From Alphaproteobacteria bacterium (GTDB taxonomy: Bacteria > Pseudomonadota > Alphaproteobacteria > Bin95), in assembly GCA_964291285.2 (NCBI GenBank), contig OZ219787.1, positions 352,001 through 416,000 on the forward strand: a stretch of DNA of 64,000 bases, read 5' to 3'. Within the stretch, counting starts at the first letter, position 1. Every line of letters starts with the position of its first letter. A program made the translations under genes and the position numbers. The notes under the pieces were generated by a model that saw only the letters and a list, made by a program, of their open reading frames with translations, ran no database searches and had not been told where the DNA came from. Shown here in pieces: positions 1 to 8,311 of the stretch.

Positions 1-1
1 C

Positions 2-1234
2 ATGAAGCACAATCCGCGCCTGAACGAGCGCATGGCGCGGCTGCCGGGCTTCGCGGACATCCACCCGCTCCAGCCGGAGAGCACGGTGCAGGGCGCGCTC
101 GCGCTCTGCCGGGAGGTGCAGCGCTGGCTCTCGGTGCTGACCGGCATGCCCGGCGTGGCGCTGACGCCCGGCGCCGGCGCGCATGGCGAGCTTTGCGGGA
201 TGATGGCGATCCGCGCCGCGCTGGACGCGGGCGGCGCGGCGAATGCGGAGCGGCGGCGCGTGCTGGTGCCGGATTCCGCGCACGGCACCAACCCCGCCAC
301 GGCGGCGGCGCTCGGCTTCGAGGTCGTCTCGATCCCGGAGGACGCGCGCGGCCGGGTCGATCCGGAGCGTTTCGAGGCGCTGGCCGGCGAAGGCGGCGTG
401 GCCGCGGTCATGCTCACCAACCCCAACACCTGCGGCGTGTTCGAGAACGACATCCGCCGTATCGCCGATGCGGTGCACGCGGCGGGCGGCTATTTCTACT
501 GCGACGGGGCGAACTTCAACGCCATCGTCGGGCGGGTGCGCCCGGGCGACCTCGGCGTGGACGCCATGCACATCAACCTGCACAAGACCTTCTCGACCCC
601 GCATGGCGGCGGCGGGCCGGGCTCCGGGCCGGTGGTGTTCTCCGAGGCGCTCGCGCCCTACGCGCCGGTGCCGCGCATCGTCGAGGAGGACGGGGTGCTG
701 CGGCTGGAGGAGGCGAACGGCGAAGCCTTCGGGCGGATGAAGGCCTTCCACGGCCAGATGGGCATGTTCGTGCGCGCGCTCGCCTACATGATGAGCCACG
801 GGTCGGACGGGCTCCGCCAGGTCTCGGGCGACGCGGTGCTGAACGCGAACTACCTGCTGCGCAAGCTGGAGGACGTCTATTCCGCGCCCTTCGCCCATGC
901 CGGCCCGGCCATGCACGAGGCGCTGTTCGACGACCGCGCGCTAAGGGACACGGGCGTCTCCACGCTCGACATCGCCAAGGCGATGATCGACGAGGGGTTG
1001 CACCCGATGACGGTCTATTTCCCGCTGGTGGTCCATGGCGCGATGCTCGTCGAGCCGACCGAAACCGAGACCCGCGCCAGCCTCGACCGCTTCATCGCCA
1101 TCATGCGCGGCCTCGCCGAGCGCGCGAATGACGGCGCCCCGCTGACGGAGGCCCCCTTCCACGCCCCGAGACGCCGGCTGGACGAGACGCAGGCGGCGCG
1201 CAAGCCGGTGCTGCGGTGGCAGGCGGGGGAATAG
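2..1234 (+). CDS. gcvPB: Glycine dehydrogenase (decarboxylating) subunit 2, 5' end outside window
   Basis: Motifs SAHGTNPATA, TNPNTCGVFE, YCDGANFNA, MHINLHKTFSTPHGGGGPG (PLP lysine), EPTETE. Confidence 0.95.
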   Translation: MKHNPRLNERMARLPGFADIHPLQPESTVQGALALCREVQRWLSVLTGMPGVALTPGAGAHGELCGMMAIRAALDAGGAANAERRRVLVPDSAHGTNPATAAALGFEVVSIPEDARGRVDPERFEALAGEGGVAAVMLTNPNTCGVFENDIRRIADAVHAAGGYFYCDGANFNAIVGRVRPGDLGVDAMHINLHKTFSTPHGGGGPGSGPVVFSEALAPYAPVPRIVEEDGVLRLEEANGEAFGRMKAFHGQMGMFVRALAYMMSHGSDGLRQVSGDAVLNANYLLRKLEDVYSAPFAHAGPAMHEALFDDRALRDTGVSTLDIAKAMIDEGLHPMTVYFPLVVHGAMLVEPTETETRASLDRFIAIMRGLAERANDGAPLTEAPFHAPRRRLDETQAARKPVLRWQAGE

Positions 1235-1342
1235 CGGGGAAGGCGGCAGTCCTTCATCGCCGGTTTCCCGAAAAACCGTCGCCCTTTCGAGCGGCAAGAC
1301 GTATCCTTGCGCCAAGCTGAACGACCGCGCGGGATTATCGCG

Positions 1343-1522
1343 ATGACAGACGATTCGCCGGAAGAAGAAACCGGGCGTGATGCACTTCCGGGCAGGCCGG
1401 AAACCGATCGTCGGACAAAACCGCTTCCGCTCCGAGAACTGGCCGAATTCCGCGCCTCCATGCCCCGGTTGAAACGCTCCTCAGCCGAGGTGTTGCGCGA
1501 GCTTCGGGACGAAGGGCCGTAA
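1343..1522 (+). CDS. Small hypothetical protein, resembles the C-terminal half of a type II antitoxin
   Basis: 59 aa ending FRASMPRLKRSSAEVLRELRDEGP; no adjacent toxin seen. Confidence 0.3.
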   Translation: MTDDSPEEETGRDALPGRPETDRRTKPLPLRELAEFRASMPRLKRSSAEVLRELRDEGP

Positions 1523-2331
1523 CGAGCCGTAAATCGCGAATACGCTGTTTCGCTAACTTGCGTCCTCGCCAGTCTGTTGATTCGCCGCTATGGCCGATAC
1601 AAGACGCTTGGCGTCCCCTCGCAAGTCCGTCGTGATACCCGCCTTGGAGGCAATCGCATTAAGCCGCCCTTCCACCTGTTCCACAGACCCGAAAAGAAAT
1701 TCCAACATTCTCCTACTCGGCGCGTGGCGATAATCGTCCGGCATCTGGACGTAATGCCCGAAACTCAATCGTTCGAGAAGGTCAACGAATCCCTCGTCCC
1801 GAGCTGCTTGTGCTGCAACCCAAGCCTTGGCGTCTTCGCCTCCACCGGCCTCACACCATACCTCTATGAGCCCCGGAAACAGCGGCGCCTCCTTCAGTCG
1901 ATCCGGGTCCGCCCGCTTCAGGCGATTCAGGAATCGAGTCCGGATACTGTCGAATTCCTCCGGCGTCAGAAGCCGAAACTCCACCGGCTTCGGCATAGCA
2001 TGTGTCAAACCATGCTCCCCTGCCGCCTCCCACACTATGCCACTCAACCAAGCAAGCGATATCGCATTCTCGAATAGCTCCGCCAGTATCGTCTCCCTAT
2101 CGCTCGTCGGTAGCCGCTTTACCAAACGGAAGACCGCAATGAGTTCGTCGGGTACCCAGATAGTGCTGCGAAATGGAGACCGAAAATTTGGAATAAATGC
2201 ATCGACCGCTTCTCCCAATACTGAGAATAAGCCGCTCAACTGCGAGGAAGGTATATCTCCTCCACGTTCAACGATGCGGTCAAGGAGCATTTGGGCTTTA
2301 GTGCCAGCTTGGGCGTGAGCGGTAACGCTAA

Positions 2332-4345
2332 CCCGACTTCCGCAACTCGGCTTGAGAATCGACTGATTTGACGGTTTTCCGGCGCGAGAAGTGTCGGATT
2401 TCGGTGCAGTACCTCTCGGGACCGGCTTGTAGTGCCGACCTACCCCCTTGATCGGGCTGGCGAAGATCCGGACGCTGCGCTGATGTTCGTGCGCTGCAAG
2501 AGACGCTTCAAGGACGGCAAGGAGCACCGCTACTGGAGCGTTGTGGAGAACGTCCGGGTCCACGGCGGTCGGGTTGTTCAGCGTCAGGTGCTCTATCTCG
2601 GGGAGATCAACGACAGCCAGCGAGCGGCGTGGTGCCGCTCGATCGAGGTGGTGGAGGGCAAGTCGCGATCACGGCAGATGGCGCTGTTTCCCGAGGACCG
2701 GGAGGCGCCGGCGCTGACTTGCGAAGTGGTGAAGATCGACCTCTCGCAGGTGGCGCTTCACGACCCGCGCCAGTGGGGGGCGTGCTGGCTGGCGCTGTCC
2801 TTGTGGGACCGCCTGGACCTGGACCGCTTCTGGGAAGAGCGGCTGCCGGCGAGCCGGCAAGGCACGCGGTGGCTGGACATCCTGAAGATCCAGGTCTGCT
2901 ACCGGCTGATCGACCCGGGCAGCGAGTGGCGCCTTCACCGTCACTGGTATGAGCACAGCGCGCTTCGCGATCTTCTGGGTGGCGAGCGGGCGATCGCCGA
3001 CGACACACTCTATCGCTGTCTCGACAAGCTGCTGGCGCACAAGCAGGGCTTCTTCTCGTTTCTGCGCGACCGCTGGGCGACGCTGTTCGAGGCGCGCTTC
3101 GACGTGCTGCTCTACGACCTGACCTCGACCTACTTCGAGAGCGATCCGCCGTTCGATGACAAGCGCCGCTTCGGCTACAGCCGGGACAAGCGGCCCGACT
3201 GCGTGCAGGTGGTGATCGCCCTGATCGTTACGCCGCAGGGCTTTCCGCTGGCCTATGAGGTGATGCCGGGCAACACCTCCGACGACACCACGCTGGCGGC
3301 GTTCCTCAAGAAGATCGAGGATCAGTATGGCCGCTCCGAGCGGGTGTGGATCATGGACCGCGGCATCCCCACCGAGGAGACGCTGGCCGCGATGCGCGAG
3401 GGCGAGGCGCCGGTGCGCTACCTGGTGGGCACGCCCAAGGGCCGGCTGACGCGGCTCGAGAAGGTGTTCCTGGGCCTGCCCTGGCAGGAGGTGCGCCAGT
3501 CCGTGACTGTCAAGCTTCTGGTCGAGGATGGCGAGCTCTACGTCCTGGTGCGCAGCGAGGGGCGGCAGGTGAAGGAACGCGGCATGCGCCGGCGCCGGCT
3601 GAAGAGGCTGTGGCGTCGATTGGCCGAGTTGCAAGGGCAGTCGAACAGCCGGGATCAGTTGTTGCTCAAGCTCGGCGCCGCCAGGAAGGAGGCCGGCCGG
3701 GCCTGGAGCCTGGTCGACATCACCGTGCCCGGGACCGACAGCGAACTCGCCGCCAACGGCTTCTCATTCCGCCTGCAGCGCGACCGGCTGCGCCAGGTCC
3801 GCCGCCGCGAGGGCCGTTACCTGCTGCGATCCAACATGGTCGCCGAAGACCCCGCCACGCTGTGGCATCTGTACATGCAGCTCGTCGAGATCGAGCAGGC
3901 GTTCAAGGAACTCAAGCACGACCTCGCGATCCGCCCCATCTTCCATCAGCGCCAAGAGCGCATCGAGGCGCATATCTTCGTCTCGTTCATCGCCTACTGC
4001 CTGCTGGTGACCCTGAAGAACCTCGCCCGGCCGCGCGCCCCGGGCCTCACCCCACGCGCCATCCTTGAGGCCTTCGCCACCATCCAGATGGTGGACGTCC
4101 ATCTGCCAACCACCGACGGCCGGCACCTCGTCCTGCCGCGCCACACCCGGCCGAACAAGGAGCACGAGCTACTGCTGCAACAGCTCGGCATGACCTGGCC
4201 GCAGCAACCCGCACCCCGGATCTCCGCCTGACGGCACACGGCGCCGCCTCTCCGTTCGCCGCCTTGTAGTGCCGACCCTCGGGGAGACGATCAAGGCTAT
4301 TCAATGAGTTAGCATCCTCATGACCCCCGAGTTGCGGAAGTCGGG
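2332..4345 (+). mobile_element. IS1634-family insertion sequence, copy 1 (2014 bp)
   Basis: TIR CCCGACTTCCGCAACTCG / CGAGTTGCGGAAGTCGGG; 4-bp TSD CTAA at 2328-2331 and 4346-4349. Confidence 0.92.
2483..4231 (+). CDS. IS1634-family DDE transposase
   Basis: LYDLTSTYFE, GYSRDKRPD, IMDRG, IEQAFKELK motifs. Confidence 0.92.
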   Translation: MFVRCKRRFKDGKEHRYWSVVENVRVHGGRVVQRQVLYLGEINDSQRAAWCRSIEVVEGKSRSRQMALFPEDREAPALTCEVVKIDLSQVALHDPRQWGACWLALSLWDRLDLDRFWEERLPASRQGTRWLDILKIQVCYRLIDPGSEWRLHRHWYEHSALRDLLGGERAIADDTLYRCLDKLLAHKQGFFSFLRDRWATLFEARFDVLLYDLTSTYFESDPPFDDKRRFGYSRDKRPDCVQVVIALIVTPQGFPLAYEVMPGNTSDDTTLAAFLKKIEDQYGRSERVWIMDRGIPTEETLAAMREGEAPVRYLVGTPKGRLTRLEKVFLGLPWQEVRQSVTVKLLVEDGELYVLVRSEGRQVKERGMRRRRLKRLWRRLAELQGQSNSRDQLLLKLGAARKEAGRAWSLVDITVPGTDSELAANGFSFRLQRDRLRQVRRREGRYLLRSNMVAEDPATLWHLYMQLVEIEQAFKELKHDLAIRPIFHQRQERIEAHIFVSFIAYCLLVTLKNLARPRAPGLTPRAILEAFATIQMVDVHLPTTDGRHLVLPRHTRPNKEHELLLQQLGMTWPQQPAPRISA

Positions 4346-5559
4346 CTAAGCTCACCGAAGCGTCGGGCTGCCTCCCTCGGATCGCTAATGCATTGATTCA
4401 AAAATTCGAGCAATTCCTCATCGTTTATGGACCCTTGCGGCATCGACAAGGTGAAATAGAGTCGAAAATAGCTGGCACTCCATAGCCGGCGTTCTTCGGC
4501 CCATTTTTCGGTAGTCTGTTGAAGATATTGCCTTCGGGGGAAATCAGGCATTGAAATTTCAGGAAGATGTTCTCTCATATCAATAACAAAACGGAGCGTG
4601 TCGTCATTATTTTTGTCAATTATGTCGATGAACTCTTTTGTGACATTACCAGAATTGTCTACTCCTGTCCGTCTAAATTCCGCACTAGGTAACTTTGAAT
4701 GGAATGCGAAATGACTTTCTGTATAACGGTCAATCCAATAATATAAACTTGAATGATGGGCTCGAATGATTTGTACAAATAGTGCGTCCGCTAGGTCAAT
4801 TTTCTCGATTATCGGGACGACAAACAGCTTCAACGAATTAATTAGCCTGACCACATCACGCGGTGTGGAAATGTACTCCAGACACCAAGTCCGTATTGCT
4901 TTGTCGAGCCTTGTTCTCGCACTTTCTGCAATAACTGTATCTTTGGCCAGTATTTCTATCTCTTCGGAAAGCCATGATCGCAGGTAAAAGCTCAGGGGAA
5001 TCGGAACAGTGAACGAAGCTTGAACGATTTTCTCGATATATTCCTTTCCCTTTTTGATGCGCAAAGCGTTTTCGAGACTTTTCGCCAGAACAGATGGGTC
5101 ATAAGCGAGAAGGTATCCGACATTCGGAAAATCAGCAACGGCGCGGACCAAGCGTAGGATCTCGACGGCTTCTGCCGGTTCCAGTCGATCTATGTCATCG
5201 ATAAAGACAACAACCGGAATTTTGTGATCCCGAAATTTCTCACGAAGCTCAATACGCCGGCGAGACAAGGAAGGAGTGGCTGATTTGGAGGCAAGTTTGC
5301 CGCTCCAGTGGAGGAGTCGCGAAGGCCAGCCGGAAGGGATGCCCGCCGCGGGTGCGCTGAATTCGACGGCTGCCGCCAAAATCGGCGCGGATTGGGCGTA
5401 ACGATTCAGGAGGGTTTGGGTATCGCGATACTCGGGAAGCACCGAGCCTAACTCGGAGAATAGCTGACGAAGAAGCTCGTTCCGGTTTCCGACAATCCAT
5501 GGAGAGAAGCGGAGGTCGTGTCCCCAGGGGTGGTGTAGGAGCTGAAGCTTCCGGTGGTA

Positions 5560-5627
5560 GCTGTGGGTAAGTGGCCCGCCGCCGCGACCGTCTGGAGTCA
5601 GGCGGCGGCGGGCCACTTACCCACAGC
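5560..5627. repeat. 26-bp perfect inverted repeat (hairpin) in the IS256 leader
   Basis: GCTGTGGGTAAGTGGCCCGCCGCCGC ... GCGGCGGCGGGCCACTTACCCACAGC. Confidence 0.85.
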
Positions 5628-5692
5628 GGAGGCCATCGCGGTGCCGGTTAGGGTTGGGCTGTCACAGTCCACCTGACCGGAGGAGTACCACG

Positions 5693-6895
5693 ATGACCAC
5701 CACCGACATGATGACCCTGCGGGCGCTGTTGGAGAAGAGTTCCGACGCCGACCTGCTTCGCGAGATGATCGGGTTCACGGCCGCGCGTCTGATGGCGCTT
5801 GAGGTTGAGGGCCTTGCGGGCGCCGCGCACGGCGAGCGCTCGCCGGACCGGATCACGCAGCGCAACGGCTACCGGGACCGGGTCTGGGAGACGCGGGCCG
5901 GCACGGTCGAACTGAAGATCCCGAAGCTGCGCAAGGGGAGCTACTTCCCGGGCTTCCTTGAACCGCGGCGGATGGCGGAGAAGGCGCTGACGGCGGTGAT
6001 CCAGGAGGCCTACATCAAGGGCGTATCGACCCGCTCGGTGGACGACCTGGTGCAGGCGATGGGCATGTCGGGCATCTCCAAGAGCCAGGTGTCGCGGCTG
6101 TGCGGCGAGATCGACGACAAGATCCGCGACTTCCTCGACCGGCCGCTGGAGGGCGACTGGCCGTATCTCTGGCTTGACGCGACCTATGTGAAGATGCGCG
6201 AGGCCGGGCGCGTCGTCTCGGTCGCGGTCACCATCGCGGTGGCGGTCAACGATCAGGGCCGGCGCGAGGTGCTCGGCATGGCGATCGGCGCGTCCGAGGC
6301 CGAGACCTTCTGGACCGACTTCCTGCGCTCGCTCGCCCGCCGCGGCCTGCGCGGCGTCAAGCTGGTGATCTCCGACGACCACAAGGGCCTGAAGGCCGCC
6401 GCCACCCGCATCTTCGGCGCCACCTGGCAGAGATGCCGCGTCCACTTCATGCGCAACCTGCTCGCCCATGCCGGCAAGCAGGGCCGGCGCGTCGTCTCCG
6501 CCTTCGTCACTACCGCCTTCGCCCAGGAGGATGCAGACAGCGCCTCCGCCCAGTGGCGCCAGGTCGCCGACCAGCTCAGGCCCAAGGCGCCAAAGCTCGC
6601 CGCCATCATGGACGAGGCCGAGCACGATGTTCTCGCCTACATGACCTTCCCGGCCGCGCACCGCGCCAAGCTGCACTCGACAAACCCGCTCGAACGCCTC
6701 CACGGCGAGATCAAGCGGCGCACAAACACCGTCGGCATCTTCCCCAACGAGGACGCCATCACCCGGCTGATCGGCGCAATCCTGCTCGAGCAGAACGATG
6801 AATGGGCAGTCCAGAGAGCCAGATACATGACGCTGGAATCCATCGCTCCCGTGAGCGACAATACAACCGTCAAGTTGCCCGCCGTGGCAGCCTGA
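5693..6895 (+). CDS. IS256-family (mutator-type) transposase
   Basis: [41 protein letters not shown] motifs; GGAGG RBS. Confidence 0.95.
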   Translation: MTTTDMMTLRALLEKSSDADLLREMIGFTAARLMALEVEGLAGAAHGERSPDRITQRNGYRDRVWETRAGTVELKIPKLRKGSYFPGFLEPRRMAEKALTAVIQEAYIKGVSTRSVDDLVQAMGMSGISKSQVSRLCGEIDDKIRDFLDRPLEGDWPYLWLDATYVKMREAGRVVSVAVTIAVAVNDQGRREVLGMAIGASEAETFWTDFLRSLARRGLRGVKLVISDDHKGLKAAATRIFGATWQRCRVHFMRNLLAHAGKQGRRVVSAFVTTAFAQEDADSASAQWRQVADQLRPKAPKLAAIMDEAEHDVLAYMTFPAAHRAKLHSTNPLERLHGEIKRRTNTVGIFPNEDAITRLIGAILLEQNDEWAVQRARYMTLESIAPVSDNTTVKLPAVAA

Positions 6896-7672
6896 GCGTT
6901 CCGGCCCTACCCGCCGGACACCGCTACGGACGCCAGGCTCTTACACCACCCGCGGGGGCACGATCGAAGCGGACAATGCGCGGTCTGTGTTCTTCGCTTT
7001 CGAGATGCTTGAGTGCCAGGTTTGCAAGCGAGGATTTTCCAGACCCCCATTTGCCCTCTATGCCGACGACCAGGCCGCCGGAGCGGAGGGCGCCCGCCAG
7101 ATGGCGTGCGAGGTCGCCGAAGCCCAGCCGGTCCCTGTCCGGGTCCTCGATAGGCGCGTCGCTGTCGATGGGGAGGCGGTCGTTCATGCCGGCCTTCGAT
7201 GCGGGAGTTCGCAGCGCATATGGCGGGCGCGGGGCGGGATTGCAAGGAAAGGGCCGGGGTGCGCGCCTGCAAGCCCTTGGATTTGCTGGATATTCAAAAA
7301 ATGTTCTCCAAGGAGCTTGATATGTAGGAAAATAGAGCTATATTGGGTTTCCAGACAGGGCCGCGACGGCCCGGAGGAGAGAGGCCATGCGGGCGGCGAG
7401 GGACAGGTTCGGGTAACGGGGGCGGCCGCGCCCTTCTCATGCCGCGGCCGATCCCGAAATCGCTTGTCCACGGACAGGCGAGGTGCGTCCGGCGCGAGGG
7501 GCCGGGGCACAGGTTGAATGAAAAAAGCGCCGGTGGACGGCCGGCTGAAATCGACGCCGGCGGCCGGCAGCGGCCGTCCGGGACGGTCGGGACGATCCGG
7601 GTCCACACCGGGAACAGTGCGGCATCGCTGTTTGACAAGTTGAGAACGACTGCAAGGCCGGGCGGGGTGCGC

Positions 7673-7751
7673 CCGGTGGCCGGTGGGTCGGTGGTGAGTG
7701 GATGGCGGGCAAGCCGGACCCCTCCACTGGCCACCGGCCACCAGCCACCGG
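7673..7751. repeat. Short heptamer tandem repeats in inverted arrangement
   Basis: CCGGTGG-like units at 7673-7701 face CCACTGG/CCACCGG/CCACCAG/CCACCGG at 7724-7751. Confidence 0.6.
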
Positions 7752-7828
7752 CTGCCGCCAACGGCGTTGACTCGCCGGGGCGCGTTGGTTAGCTTCCGGC
7801 CCGTCGGTGGAAATGAGCGGGGTGTTCC

Positions 7829-8245
7829 ATGGGGGTTTCGCTGCCTCCCGACTATAGGCCTTCCAGAAGCGAAGATTTCATGAACCCGATGCAGCAGGAA
7901 TATTTCCGGCTGAAGCTGCTCGACTGGAAAGAACGCCTGATCCGCGACTCCTCCGAGGCCGTCCACCAGCTGCAGAGCGAAAGCCTCCGGGTGGCCGATG
8001 ACGGCGAACGCGCCTCGCTCGAGACCGACAAGCGGCTCGCGCTCCGCACCCGCGACCGGGCGCGCAAGCTGATCGCCAAGATCGACCAGGCGCTCAGGCG
8101 GATCGACGACGGCACATACGGCTATTGCGAGCAGACCGACGAACCTATAGACCTCGGCCGGCTGGAAGCCCGGCCGATCGCGACGCTCTCCATCCAGGCG
8201 CAGGAGCGCCATGAGCGGAGCGAGCGCATGCACCGCTCGGACTGA
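7829..8245 (+). CDS. dksA: RNA polymerase-binding protein DksA (alphaproteobacterial one-Cys type)
   Basis: YRPSRSEDFMN, LRTRDRARKLIAKIDQALRRIDDGTYGYCE, RLEARPIATLSIQAQERHE. Confidence 0.9.
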   Translation: MGVSLPPDYRPSRSEDFMNPMQQEYFRLKLLDWKERLIRDSSEAVHQLQSESLRVADDGERASLETDKRLALRTRDRARKLIAKIDQALRRIDDGTYGYCEQTDEPIDLGRLEARPIATLSIQAQERHERSERMHRSD

Positions 8246-8311
8246 GGCTTCCGGGGCGCCCGCAATCCGGCGGCGCCCGCACTCCAGCGACCCGGCGAAC
8301 GGCGAACCCCC

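Larger units (their letters stand above)
5514..6965 (+). mobile_element. IS256-family insertion sequence (1452 bp)
   Basis: Imperfect TIRs (GGTCGTGTCCCCAGGGGTGGTGTA / TACACCACCCGCGGGGGCACGATC); 8-bp TSD GAAGCGGA at 5506-5513 and 6966-6973. Confidence 0.93.
1553..7187 (-). pseudogene. KAP-family P-loop NTPase interrupted by IS1634 and IS256
   Basis: Pieces 7187-6966 (DRLGF, Walker A GIEGKWGSGKSS), 5505-4346 (FSPW, Walker B VVFIDDIDRL, YIEKIVQ, TPRDVVRLIN) and 2327-1553 rejoin in frame after removing the IS and one TSD each (2157 bp, 718 aa); low GC. Confidence 0.9.

Noticed and set aside
1553-2563. ORFs starting MDPDVLHNAP (also 43776-44618)
   Set aside because: Artefactual read-through from the IS1634 antisense strand into flanking genes.
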